Below the pieces are notes generated by a model. It did not search any database. It was not told where the DNA came from and saw only the letters and a program-made list of their open reading frames with translations. Below, piece after piece: positions 37,188-52,100 of a stretch of DNA of 64,000 nucleotides. The position numbers were made by a program, and so were the translations under genes. Each line of letters begins with the position of its first letter. The stretch's first letter is position 1. The DNA comes from Tubiluchus corallicola (taxonomy: Eukaryota > Animalia > Priapulida): NCBI GenBank assembly GCA_030141605.1, contig JAQGDQ010000012.1, positions 824,359-888,358 of the forward strand. The letters run 5' to 3'.

Positions 37188-40100
37188 TCACCTCTTTTTG
37201 CTTCTAGATTTTCTTCGCTGCTTACTCCTTGGCTTCCCATAAGTAAAGGTAATGCATTGTTCATCCAAAAAATCAAGCAAGTAATGCTTGGAGCATTTTA
37301 TACCAGCTTCCCTTAGTTGCTCATAAATATCACTGATCAGAATTGGCTGGAAAAGAAATAAGTTAAATAAATTGTTTATACACAATTAACACTAACCTTA
37401 GTTTACTTATAACCACATTTAAATGCCATTGAATTGCAGGCCAAAAACTAACACCCAGTGGTAGGCCCTACTTGTAAAGGAGACTGGACTGAGCGCATTA
37501 TCAAAGATACGATGAACTAGCAGAGCAATATTAGCAAAAAACAATTTGTGTGTACAATGTGTTATGAGTATTACCAAGATAAATAGCCAGAAATACAGCA
37601 GATGAAGCCACCTAGAATCGGGTTTTACAATATCCATCCAATTACTAACCAAGCCCAGCCCTACTTTGTAACCAAGAATGTAATCATTCCAAATACATTT
37701 AACAGACATTCGTTTTTCATTAAGCAAATTTATAAAATTGCTACTCAAAATATTATGTATTAATTAGAAACTGCAATTAATGACATGTTATTCCTTTGTC
37801 AAATGAAAGGCTGACCCACAACATTTTTGACGGACTGTATTCTGATAGCTTCATACGTCCTTTAATGGCTCCTAGGATTTTTAATCGGTTTTTGCAGATT
37901 TTTTCGATAACCAGATTTGTCGTCAGAATGGTCCCCAGATCTTCAAAGTATTTCAACATTTCAGTTATTTTTCCACGGCTTCAAACATTTTTTGAATACA
38001 ACAGCAAAAGCTGTGCATCCTCTCGCTTCAATCGATACTAAGAGTAAGTTCTTATTTCCCACCCGCCTTCTTCCACTTAATGTGGTAAATGCGTGAAATT
38101 AACCCACAGTACAAAAACTTTTATATATTGAGTGCCTGACCGTGTTACATTACGCGTACCTGAAAAAAGAAGTCTACACATACTGCGCACATTTAGGTTG
38201 AAGTGTTCTAAAACATATTGCTATCAGAATATTGGGTTTCATCATAAAACAGGCAAAAAATGATTTTAATATTTTACTAGTGCTTAGACAAGTTTCACGT
38301 TACAGTTTTTATATGAAGGGGGCTTACATACAGATGCATAGCAGTGTATGTGTATTCTAATTGTGTTTTGCACTTACACTTGAAAGACAGACGTAATGTG
38401 CGTTACGAAGATCGATTCGTGATGAGAATACAAAATATATGTTGCTGAGTGACGTACCTCAAACTGCAATATTTGATTATATAAGCTGGTGTTTTGTCTA
38501 ATGAAGTCCATGATCAAGCATCGTGTATCGACTTGCGACGTCTGAAAGGTAAGATTAGCAGAGAAAACATTATAACTTACTCTTTTGTATAGTCAGTGGG
38601 CAGTTTTAGAAACGCCTAGTTACGCAGTGTTTTTCCAATTCAAAGTCAGAATATTTAACTTCTTTATTTATTTCTTTATTTTACGCATTAGAAAACATTT
38701 ATACAGGATGAACTCATTGAGCTACTTTACAGTGAGTTACCTTACAACGAGTTACTTTCCTATGAGAAGAAATTTAAAGTTTGTTTGCAATTACAAAATA
38801 CAGTAAATGATAAAATCGAAAACACATAAAAATATAAATCTAGTAACAACGCAAATTTTAATCACGTGTTCAAATCAGCCAAAATAATACTGCGAAATTT
38901 TTTTTTGGTATTTTGTTGAACTAATTTATAGTTTTTTGTCCACGAAGATCTATGGGACACAGGCGTACGAGCCGATTTTTCCAGCGGGTAGGCTGAGCCA
39001 ATTTTGTCCAAAAAATATAGCGCCAACCGAAAAAAGTACTGGCAAAACTTGACCAGATAATGCGTTATAAATTCGCTAAGAGACTAAAATGTACAAAGAC
39101 GGGTATAAAACAGTGTATTGTTCACCATCATCGCCGCACATATTCATCATCATCATTCCATTGTGTATAATCCAACTTATGTTTATAACGTATTTGACGT
39201 ATTTGAATGAAAAATCTCGAGAAAAGACAATATTCACAGAACAGAAAGGCATCACCATGATCACAGAAATAAATGTGCCAAACATCTGCAAACATGGAAT
39301 TCCCACCGCCAGTACAGAGTACAGTGAGTGGTAGACAATGTTCGATTCCCTATTTTCACTATAGAATCACGAAGCTTGCAGGATAGGCACCTAATACAGG
39401 TAGCCACAAAACGGTATAGAAATGATGACCTCCGAATCAATGGTTAGTGCAGCAGGACACAAAATGTGAAAATTGGGCGAATAACTTTGTCACTCAACTC
39501 CACTTACATCATTGGACTGGTTTTTGAGCGTATGCATAGGCTAGTAAGGGTAGATGTGCACCAGGTATGTTTCAAAAAGTGGGCGTGGCAACGTCACGTG
39601 TCATATGCAAAAGTTTTAAAAGAAAATGGATGTCCTAGGTAATCATGCATGGAGAATTCAGCAATAGCAAAATTAGGATCTTGAGACAAAGATCAAATCA
39701 GCAAAGATTTTTCACGTCTTGGTCATAATGCAGAATCTTACGTTTATGACTGGGTCATAAACAGCAGTCAAGTTATCATTATACATAATAGTTATTACAC
39801 ATAGCTATATAGGTTTGCGCATGTGAATTTAGCTTTAACGTTTCGTGGTTTGCATAAAAGTTCAAAACACTAACAATGTAGTGTCACAACCATGGTCGCA
39901 TGGATGATACACAAAAATTAAGAGATGAAAGAGATTGTTACAACTAATAATGTAATAAACGCCTGATATTGTAATATTAAAAAATGAACGCATAATGTGA
40001 TAACAAAAATTCTAAAGATAATATAATAATATAAAGCCATAACTAGCTGAATTAATGTTACTTGGTACAAGTGGTGTACTGCTGCTGGAATACGTGGGAG

Positions 40101-43100
40101 TAGTGCGTTTCCTTACTCTATTTGGAAGGGGGAGGTGTTCACACCACATACCTAGTGCTCATGCAGCAGCGGTTGGTGCTGACTTGGGACTATAGGCAGC
40201 TGCTTATATTATTCCTTAAAAAATATACAATTTTATAAAAGCAATAAGCCATCAGGCTTAAAGTACTTATGCTGGCCCTTTAGACATATTATTAAAGCAC
40301 TTATGTGGTCTTTTAGTTACACTGTTAAACCACTTATGCTATAATATATGGACAGCACTGCTAGACCGGAATGGTTGTGAATTTAACTGTAATCACAGTT
40401 TTTTATACTTTGCAACGATGCTATGATATCGCCGAATTCTCACCCGCAAATTCGCAGCAGCCAGTGCAGCGAGGAGACCTAAGTTACATCACAGTTATAA
40501 TTGCATTTAAAAATGAAGCCTAGTGAGTGAAAACCCTCCCTCCACTTAATTAGCAGTTACATTAATTCTTGTCTGCATATAAACTATTTATAAAGTCTGT
40601 TTATAAATTCTAGCTTATCACAGTTTAATATCTAAAAATCTAATATTGTCAGATAGATGTATCAAATGAAGTGTTTTATATCTAAAAATTTTACTATCCA
40701 ATTAAACGTAGTTAATAAACCAAAAAATTCTGTTGATGCAACGAGAAAAGCACCTCCAATCTAGCTTTGCATTGGGTTAACAATAACTTTGCAAAACGCG
40801 CTGAATCTTGTTATGCAAATATTTGCAATATACCGAAATTTGTTGAGGCCGCTTAAGAAACACTATATATAGGCGAGAAATTTTGTACTGGTGCAATCTT
40901 GTTTTGCAAATATTTGCAATATACCAAAATTTGCTGAGGTTGCTTAAGAAACACTATATATAAGCGAGTAAAGGTGCCAATCTACAAAGCATACAGTGCA
41001 GTATGAAGTTGCATGAATGGCATACACAACTGCAATGTTATCTGCAATTTTTAATTTTCGAGCGTAATTTTCTTCTCAATCTAACATTAATGCTGTAAAC
41101 AGTCATTACATTTTTCTTGCAGAATAATATACGGCATGTACTTTGGTTTTGGCCATTGCATAAAATTTTCAGAGAAATTTGTAATTGCATATAAGTTATT
41201 AGCTGGAAGATTTTAAGTTTTTTTTCAGAAAATAGTAACTGAAATACAACCTTTCAGCCTTCGGGTTTTCAACCTTTTGTGTTATACATGTACCAAATAA
41301 TTTCTTTAGGAAACCTTTGAATAAAAACAAAGGGATGTTTTGTCTTTCTGAAAGGCATTTGAATTGTTTATGAAAAATTGTCTTTTATGTATAAGCTTTG
41401 CTTGTGGTTATTGTAGCTAAAATTAAAAATTTGCTAATACTATAAACACGCTACACATACGACAGTTTTTTATGAGTGTTTATTCCAAACTTTGCTTTTC
41501 CATGCGTTATTACTAGAAAATAGGTTTATTTTAATTTAGGTCATTTTTTGTGTAATTTTGTATGTAATGAATAGTAAGCTATCGGTGCCAATTTAAATTT
41601 GACATAAAGGCTGTAAAGTGTAGATTGAAGAAAATTTATTTATTTGAGCATTAATAACTTGCTTAATGAAAGTCTATTGCGAAATTATGTAAATATTGTG
41701 CAGGTACTATTAGACAATAGCATGATTGTTGCTTAATGGCATGTAGAGGTGGTCTGTGAAATAGGTACATCGAAATACGTATACCAAAAGTTCTGTGCAG
41801 AAATACAGATTACAAGCAATTTCAATGCTAACCATGGATATCAACAACACAGACAACTCAGCAATAACAAATACGACAATGATGAAGCCAACAGCAATAG
41901 CAAAGACAACAGTAAGAACAATAAAAACAATTACGACAGCAGCAACAGCAACGACGACAAAGACAACGATAACAATGACAGTAATGACAATGACAGCGAC
42001 TATGATATGAAAACACATTGACAACGAGTGATGGCAACAACAATAACATTTATCACAGTAACAGGTGGATGGAGTACCGGTATGATTTCGTTTTATAAAG
42101 CATTTAGGCACAATTCAGTTTTGTAAATCTGCTTTTAATATGTGTTATAGTTTCAGTCACTAAACGTATCTCCATTTTATTAAATTTTGTTATTAGTTTT
42201 ATTTTATTTTCAAACATTATCCCTCCTGCTAGCTTTTTTATATGATGCACTCAGAATATATTACCTACTACCTACTACAAGAACTTCATTCTGCTTAGTA
42301 CAAATGTTTAAAATATCGTAAATTGTATCGTAAAGTACTAGTATTACAATTATAATTACCCGAGAAAATAATTCTTACCGTTTTTTTATTTTGAAATTAA
42401 AATACAAATGTATAATGATAACAGCACACAGGCTTCAAGTATTGATAAAACTGGAAAAGAAACAATTAGACATGGCATTTCTTTCTAAATACATTAATAA
42501 TTAATCAACGCACTGCAAAAGTAACACAGCTTACTTGACTAGTCGCTTGATAATAATATCATTATTGTTAATATATAATTTCTCTTTTTTAATAACTAAA
42601 GACAAAAGTAAAACAACTACTGTCAGTCTGCCACTGCTTTGAATTCGCTGTAGGTGCGTAAATCGTATTTCATAAGCATTTATTTCGCTACGGAAGGCGG
42701 CACAGTGCCGCCGAAGCTCAACGCTAAGCGCAGTCACTCAGGTCTCTTTATTTCGCTGCTACGGCCCTGCAAAAACATTGTAGAAACGTTTAGCAGCCGT
42801 GGGACTGGGGTTGCTGAGCAACAAGTAAGCGCAAACCTGCCAATCAGCTCAGCGTCTGAAGCCAGGTGAATTGCACAGTTATATTACTATATGTGCGTTC
42901 TCACGCAAAACCACTTGTTGCTGGTGAAACGTTTATTTAGTCGATTGTCTTGTATTTCTTATAAAATGGCAGTCAAACTGTTTGTTAACCAAGTCCTAGA
43001 TGAGCCAAATAATGATGGTAAAAGTGATTCCGCAAGTGATTCTAGTGACTATTCTGAAAGTGAAACTGAAAGTTTAGCAAGTGATGGGGTTCATGCAAGT

Positions 43101-46100
43101 TTTTGTGAAGAAAAATTACAATATGTAACTTTTGTGATAGATATGTAAACCATTATCAATATAGGTGGGTTTGCACACCAACTGAAATGAATTATTATTT
43201 TAATTATGTCACTTGGGCTTATGTCATAACTATAATCATGATCATGATATCTGAAAAAACTTTAAAGTGGTGATAATGGTGACGATGGTGGTGGGTGATG
43301 CTAATGCTGCTGCTGATGATAATGACGACGACAACGACGACGACAGTGACGATGATTGACAATGATGATAAAATGTACATAACAGTAATGAATAATTATT
43401 GTTATTATTACTTTTCTTAATAATCGTAAACCAAAATACCAATATGATCGAACTTCATGATGACACATCACTTGAGATTATCACAAAATTCTTAAAAAGG
43501 CATAACAATGATTTCAAGGTCTACTTAAAAAGTCATGACGACAGGGACACGACAAAAAGGAGTGCTTCGTGGAAGTCTCGGAAGGAATTTTATAGGTCAT
43601 TGGAAACAGGATGAGCTTTGCCGGGGGTCTACTGCCAACTGAGTGCATTTCAGTTTTATATATGCCATTTTTCCTACGTTTCCTTCTATTCCCTTATTTC
43701 CTGAGCAATTTTTACCTGTGCCATTTTTTCCGGTGCCATTTTTACCTATGACATTTTTACTTACATTCTTCATTGACACATTGGGCAAATTGTAATGCAT
43801 TGAAGAGGGTTGTAATGCCAGTGAGTCACGGGGTTAATGCAACACCTTCACATTCCAAAAAATGAAGTTATATTACTATATACATGTATAAAATAAAATT
43901 GTACTAAGTAGCATTAATTCTACTAGTTATTACATTATCAGTTAGAATTTTCGCTATTACGTCGTGCGTTAAGTTTTTGTTATATTACCAGTTAATTTTA
44001 TTACAATGTTAGTTTTTTCGTATTACAATATCAGGCGTTTATACATTATCAGATGTAACAGGTGTCATCAACGAGTAATGTCTACTCCCCCTTCTGGTCG
44101 GAAAATGCTTAAGGAAGAACTAACCCTCGAACAACATTTAATGCATTTTAATGTGCAATTAAAAATATAGAAATCACAATACAATATATGCACGTAGAAT
44201 GCTTTGCTTAAAAACGTAAACGAAATTTAATTATTTCTTATCTCCCGCCAAACGAACGTTGATGCCGGCATATTTCAAAAAAAATGAGCGTGAATACCGT
44301 GACAGCAAGCTGTGTGAAGGTACGCGTTGCAAAATTTCTACAGTTTGCTTAGAAGTTCCGTTATTCTAACGCTGTGTTTAACTAGAAATTAGTCATTCGA
44401 TCAATTACGATCAAAGTTAAAGTGGTTACATTGATTTAATCTGTAGGATTATACCTTAAAATATGTAAGTAATTAACATTAATTGTGTAAATAATTAATT
44501 TACAGATTTTTGTTGACTTTTAGATAAGCTTGTAAACTTGCCAGCATGTAGTAGGTGCCGAGCTGGTTACTTAGTTTGTAGTTTCGCTCTATAAGTTAAA
44601 AAAAGATTCTGCAGCACTTGGCGCGGGATAAGTGTTTATATTGCACGGAAACCAGATGACGTCATTTTTCGTCTAAAATGAGCGCGCGCAAGCGTAAAGT
44701 AATCACGACTTTAAATTGATTTTAGTAATTACACGAGATGCTTATCACAATTTTATTACTGAAACTTTCTAACAGTTTATTCAAATACAGCTAAAATAAG
44801 CTCAACTTCCCGAGAGACTTAGCTTTTGCTTTAATACTAGGCGTTAAAAACATAACTTTGGAAATTTATTGAAAGTCTGAACACGGTGAACAACTTGGTG
44901 GGTAAATTCAACTTAATGAACATACGAAAACAATCGGTAGTTTACGTACAGAGTAATAAGTGTCAACGACCAGTTGTCACCTGCACGGCACAGAAAATTT
45001 ATTGAAAGTCTGAACACGGTGAACAACTTGGTGAGTAAATTCAATTTAATGAACATAACGAAAACCATCGGTAAGTTTACGTAGAGTAATAAGTGTCAAC
45101 GACCAGTTGTCAGCTGCAGGGCACAGGGCAGTAATTTTTACGCATCGTGTAATACAATACTGGTTTTACAAGTAACTGCGAACATTCAATATAAGACTTT
45201 ATAGTACCAAAAACGTAGCAATTCTGCCTCATTGTGTTACAGGCTTGACATTCGCCAGAAGTTTACGGGAAGGCACCTATGTTTAGAATCCGAAGCATCA
45301 AGAGAAAAATAATCTGGCTTATCCTTGTGATAGTGTTTGTGCATACAGTATGGAACTTAGCAGCAGTAAATACAAATACAGGATCGTCCAACAATAAGGA
45401 AACATTTATTAGTGAACCACGTGTTGTAGCACAGAAAGGAAAAGATGGAGAAGTGGGCGCGAAATTGGAGAAATCAAGAATACCAGAAAATTATGTAAAA
45501 TTAAAAGCACAAAAACTGAAAGCCCGTGAAAAGAGCGCAGAATCAAATGTAGAAAAGTCGAAAGTGGAAGAAGAGAGTGTACACTCATTTCTGGACAAGC
45601 CAAATCTTGAAAGAAAATCAAATAAAGAAAAACCAAAACTCTTTGGAAACGTAGTAGAGCTGAAAAAATCGAAATTACCAAACAGATCAAATAACTTTGC
45701 AAAGAATACAAACTACGTACAACTACAGGGTAAGTAAACTTGTCATTCACGTCTGGCATATTTACGAACAACTGTGGTTCCTTAATATAAATATAATAAG
45801 AATAAAATTAATAATTAGCCATCCTGCTTTTACCCATTACAATTATTACTAAATCAATGTGCTAACGATAGAATACGCACGCAAATTATTAAATATTTCA
45901 ATAATTGACGAAAGAAATGTGAATAGTTTACTACTAATAAATAAGCAATTATGCGGCTTAATATTTATTGCTGGTTAACATATTATGGCTACATTATATG
46001 CTTATTGCAATGTATAGAGAGCAGTAGTATTCAAACTACATGTATTTTATATATCGAAACCCGCCAATTAAAGCAGGTGGAAATCAGCATAACCCAGGAA

Positions 46101-49100
46101 CTAACACATTTTCTGCAATTTTCTTTAGTCAATTTTAAGTCATAAAAATTTAAAAAAACCTTAAAACAAAATTCTGGATTAAAAAGTGGCTAGAACTGTG
46201 TTTTGAAATGCATTTATTTGTTTTATTTACGTTTGCTATTTGCAGCTTGGATTTAGATAAAAAATGATTGTGATGTAGCGTTGTTGTAACTTTAGAAATA
46301 AAGATGATTTTAGCAAGGACGGTTTTCACTCCATTAAAAATATAATACCCAGTTTATTGTCTGGTTTATAATTTCTTCTGCACACGTAATTCATGGAACG
46401 AGTTGAGTGCAGTTGTGGCTTGGACAACAGAAACTCACTCCACATTTACAAAGAACGCGGCAAAGAGAACACCCTAGCAGCAAATTAGGTTTGCAATTAA
46501 CTTTCGCTATTAACCTTTTAATTATTTAAATAATGGCATGCAACAAACACGTCAATTTCGTCATACACGCCACATCACACTGACAGAAACAAATCAATAA
46601 AAAATGCATGTATATTAAAATAATGTTCCACAGGTGCATACATTTATGATGTAAATTGCTCAGCTCTGTATTTAAACATTATTTTAGCATAAACTATCAG
46701 TTACATTTAATTATTGAAAACATATGTGCAGTTTTGCAACATATCAATGAATATTGGCTTATCGTGAATAAAATAAAGAGCTTGTTGTAATTATTTTTGA
46801 CATTTTAATTTATTTTAAGTACAACTGCTACACAACTCTTTTTCTTTTCATTATTTACAGCATGGCTTTTAAGCTGTGTCGAACCAGATCAAGTTTTCCC
46901 AGACGACCCAGAAATCCACATAACAGATTTTACCAGTGATTGCATACAGCAGTGCGAGGACAAGATTTTGCGGATACCTCGGTACCATTAAACTAATATC
47001 ATATAAAATGCCCAATAACTGGTAATGTTGAAAAATTAATTGTCCAGTGCAACGCTTATTGTGTTGTTTGTCCTATAGTCATGAGAATGGCAACTAAGCC
47101 ATAGAACTTGTATAGTGAAAAACACAAGTACACTGTAAAAAGTCGACGACCTGAGGTATTTGCAATGTAGCAAAAAACTTGATTTGAAATGCAGGTGGCA
47201 TTTCTCCAAGGTTTTTGGTAAATACATTGTAGTATCCATATAACATATGCCCATTGCCCATTGCTGCTCTCACGAGCAAGTTTTGTTAATGGGGGGGGGG
47301 GCGGAGGGAATATGTGACTATGTGTCTTGTCTGCTTGCTGGCTGCAGTTTCCATTTCAATGATTGTGTTTCACGATGATGGTTAACTTAACTTTAGCCTA
47401 ATCTCCACGTTACCTAGTTTGCCAATTCAAAACACTTGCTCAACTATCTATACAACGTAAAAATCCACAATAAACCGAAGAACGAACACAAACATTGCTC
47501 TCCAGAACACATGTAGTGTTATATCATTTAGCTACAAGTTCAAAGCGAAAAGTAGTAGAAATATTACCACAAATATCACACAATGGTTGCAGCCAAATGA
47601 CTGTATACAAAAAACGATCAAAGGATTGAAAATAACCCTGTAAAGGTTTTTACAATAAGGTTAGTCTGCATCTAGAAGGGCAGATAATTGTTGCAAACTA
47701 TTCACATATTGAACAAAGTGAAGTGATATTTGCTTTGGGTCATATTTCAGGTACAATGTACTAAAGAAAAGGTACAAGCAAAACGAGAAACTCGCAGTAA
47801 TCAACCAAAAAGAGGCAATGTGTTACTGTCTACTACAAAAACAAGCGTCAGCAGCAATAAAAAATTTGCAAGCTTTGCTCAGGAGACTCAAACGTCGCCC
47901 TGCAGGTTCATGTGAATATATAATTGCATATAAAGAAGGTAAGAGCATAAACTGTTGGGCTACTAAGACTTACTCATTAATAATCATCCTGCTGAAACGT
48001 CGTTTGCAAAATGAAGAACGAGTTTCTTCACCCGAACTAGCTGGTAAAGAAACGCAGATAAAGAAATTACAACACTGCAAGACAAATATGGTTTGACATG
48101 CATTTGAAATTCTGTTATGTAGAATTAGAGGCCAACTAAACAGCTGCAAAGGGTTTCACTAAATATTTGTCTGACAAAAACTCGGTGGTGTTAATGGAGT
48201 TATCTTCGATTACTGATAACTGAAATATCAATAATTGTAGTTGGACAATTTTGTAAGGGCCAGAAATATTTCTCAGCACCCGTTATGATGAAAAGCTAGT
48301 GATCAGCACGTTTCTATGTGAAGCTCACAGTATTCAACACACAATTCCGTGTTATGTTCAGCTATTGAGTTCGATGAAGGTTTCAGTCCAATGTGTTGCT
48401 AACCACGCATAAAAGATGCTGGCGGCAAAGTGAAGTCACCTATTGTCTGATACTGAACTGATCTTTAATAGTGTCATTTACTGTAGTTAGTTCATACTAA
48501 GTTTAAAAAATTGTGTTGAATCGTATTCAGCCTCTAATTTAGGACGAAAAAATAAAATTTCCAAATATGTTACTGCAGTTGTAATCGTGCTTAGCTAGTT
48601 TAAACATATTTTTATTGAATAAGAAATATTGCAATAGGGCTTGAACAGACAGTTTTTAACAACTGATAAATGTTCTCATCAATGAAACGTGGCACTTAGT
48701 AGAGTGCAGACAATAAACAAACAGTAGAAGCATTACGGTATGACTACTAGCAGTATAGACACATACGTAGCATAACGTTGAGAAACACATTAATATTACT
48801 ATGTAATCAATATAAACTAAAACAAAAAGATTAGAAGCGCTTAGTTAGCAATATAAATTTATGTACAAGCTTAAATACTTGAATATTAACAGTTATATTT
48901 AAGTGTTGGTTACCACGAAGAAGCAGATAAACGAGTTCATTTGTTGACATAATATAAATTCTAATATTAATCGAGCCAGGTGATATAACGGGCAGCTAAT
49001 TAGAAAATGTACTTACCATAGTTGATTGCCTTTATGTACCTGTTGACCAAATTATCCTTGCATTAACAGATGATGACTATGATGATTATGACTACGAAAG

Positions 49101-52100
49101 AGATGCACGAAGTGATGGAGAAAGTGGAATAGAAAAGCTAGTGTTACCTAAAGCTGCTCTCCTAACAGAAAGAAAACAGAACCTCAATGTACACCGAAAA
49201 GGATTTGCCACTATGATAAAAAATAGGACAACAAGAAAACAGAACCTCGATGTACGACGAAAAGGATCTGCCACCATCATAAAAAATAGGAAAACGATTA
49301 AGCAGACCCGAGACAAAAATTTGAAATATAAACTGCTGAAAGGAGGTTAGTAGTTTACGGTCGTTGCCCATAAAGTGATAATTATAAGTCGTTCAATCTA
49401 TATTACAGGAATTAGTTGTACAGAATCTATTGGCAACTAAAATTTTTTTCCATTAAGACCTTCTGCAAAATTAGGCATCACAAACAACCATCACTTGATG
49501 ACACTTCAGCATAACAATAAATTTACAGAATTTAACCTGTGAATATTTTGATAGGCAGACGTGCCAGTGTATACATATTTTTTTTAATACATGCAGTTGT
49601 GATATTAAAATATACTATTTAAAATATATTTCTCATAAATACCAGTTTCACACCAAACTAAGACCATATAATATAGTGATTTTATATTTTTAAAGCTCAG
49701 TTTTTAACTTGTGCAAAAAATGGACAAGTTCAACACTTCCAAAAGATCTCTGTGACAAATGTCACGGGTGATTATGTCAAAGACTGCCTGCAAAGATGCC
49801 AGCTCACTACCATCAACATTTCACGTTCAGAGAAGTACGACTGATATTATTTTCAAGATGTTTGTTCTTTGACATAATTTTAAACTGTCTTCCATATAGT
49901 AATCATTGCAATGTGTGTAAAATTTTTACATGTCACCTTACAATAGTACTTTACTCTATTTTGCCTTCATGTTATATGAATGAATTAGTAATATATGTTT
50001 TTAATAACAATTTAGAGACAAACTGCCAAAGAACATCTATAGAAAGTTCGACAAGTTTGTGGCTATCGATCGAAATAGAAAACTCTGTTTCTGCGATAAT
50101 ATCAAAACTGTTGCAAAATCCATACAAAATGTAAGGACTCTGTACAAAAGACCAGCAACAATAACAGTACCATGTGAGCTAGATGTCTACGCATTGGAGG
50201 CACACCTTCAAAGAGTCAATGGTTTGTGTCATAGATGTGCAAAATGATTCTAATACAGTTTATTCGAGAAGCACTCTTAACACTTATGGTATCAATATGT
50301 TCCCAAATTAGCTGGCAACTAACGATATCATTAATTGATTATGACTGTGATTGTGTGATCAACAGTCATATTAGTTAATGATTTTTAAGACTTTTTCATT
50401 GAGTTTATGATCACATTGCTGATCCAGTTTATATTTATTTAGTTTGGAAATGCTGGAAATGTTTTTACTTTGGAAAAGCTTCTAGTATTACCTTGCAAAA
50501 ATGTTATTTTATAAAAATACAAGCAATTTTTATCTAAGCAAGTTGAGCTGTTGTATGCAGTGATAATCTATATACAATTTTTTATATGAAGCATTCTACG
50601 CCAGAATAAGTACATATATGTAAATCTTGGTTGTAAACAGTTGTAAATCTTACACATGCGCAATAGTAAATGTTACAAGTTCCATTCTTGTTGTGCCAAC
50701 CATGTACCTGTAGTCTTTTTTACTACAGACACTCGATGTGGTTTAATCTGTATGGCTGCCAAATCCACATACAAACGAAGAGCTTTAGCTAGTCTACCAG
50801 GGTCTGGTAATACATGGATGAGAAACATTATCGAACTGATGACTGGAGCATTTACAGGATCTGGATACAATGATGAAACATTATACAATTCAGGTATGTG
50901 GATTCATGAGGGTCCAGATGTTATACGGAATTATTACATAGTTGGTCGATAGGTTTCAAAAATATCTATGTCAAAAGTTTCACAGACTATTAATGATAGA
51001 GAAACTATGTTTGCAGAATTGATTTTTTCTGGTTTAGTTAAATGGTTTAAGTAGAAAATTTCATTAGCAGTAGGTAAACATTACTAACTAAACAAATGGA
51101 TAAAGTATACTTTTCAATTGTTAAACCGTACTGGACTGTTGTTGTGCTGTACATTATAGGAAGTGAATTACAAGTGTTACCAATTATATATATATATATA
51201 TATTTCAAAATTTTTGTTTTAATCTAGTCATAAGTGTTCAGTCAATACGCAGAAGACAACAACATAAGCAGTTAACAAATGAATAAAGTACACTTTTTTA
51301 ATTGTTAAACTGCACTGGACTGTTGTGCTGTACAATATTGGAAGTGAATTACAAGTGTTACCAATTATATATATATATATATATATATAAGTATCATTTG
51401 CAATAGAACTGAAATGCTGACTGTTCAAAAGTTTTGTTTTAATCTAGTCACAAGTGTTCAGTCAATACGCAGAAGCCCATAAATAGCTCAAATACTTCGA
51501 GCATTTCACACAATTTCGCAAATTTTGTGAACAGTCTTCAACTTTTTCTTTGTCACAGGTTTTTTGGGTGAACGAGAAAATCCAACTGGAACTACGATCA
51601 TTGTCAAGACACATATGGTCAAATACGCAATTCAACTGTACAACAAGAATGGTGCTATACTACTGATACGCAATCCTTACCATGCAACAATGTCTGACTA
51701 TAAACGACGTTATTCTGAAGATGGCAATTTGAAAAGCAACGATCACATGGCAGAGTGGTCTGAAGAAATTTTTTTGACTGAAGGTGCAGAAATCTCATTA
51801 TATGAAATTTAGTATTTCATAACAATTATCTTACTTACAATAAGTATACAGTCAAAAATTCTTTATTAAGTAATTACATTGTATGGTAATTAATAATTAA
51901 ACTAATTTATTGCAAGAAAATTCTTGCTCTGAGTTTTAAAAATGCATAACTGAATAACACGAAAAAGATTAAGTCAAGCTTTAGAACATAGTAGTTGTCA
52001 TTGTACAATGACGACTTCTTGAACATTAATTCCAAAATTTTGCTCTTTGCAGCATTTCAGGAATATGCTGAAAATCATGCAGAATGGTGGCACACCATCA

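Larger units (their letters stand above)
39936..44060. mobile_element. Second member of the TGT...ACA repetitive-TIR transposon family (copy B), inside the large SLX4 intron
   Basis: Left end TGTTACAACTAATAATGTAATAAACGCCTGATATTGTAATA (from 39936) versus reverse complement of right end TGTTACATCTGATAATGTATAAACGCCTGATATTGTAATA (to 44060). Same subterminal motifs as 34350-35968. Confidence 0.7.

Noticed and set aside
41710-42111. Overlapping hydrophobic, N/D-rich, T-rich and C-rich ORFs
   Set aside because: Artefacts of a trinucleotide low-complexity tract inside a transposon.
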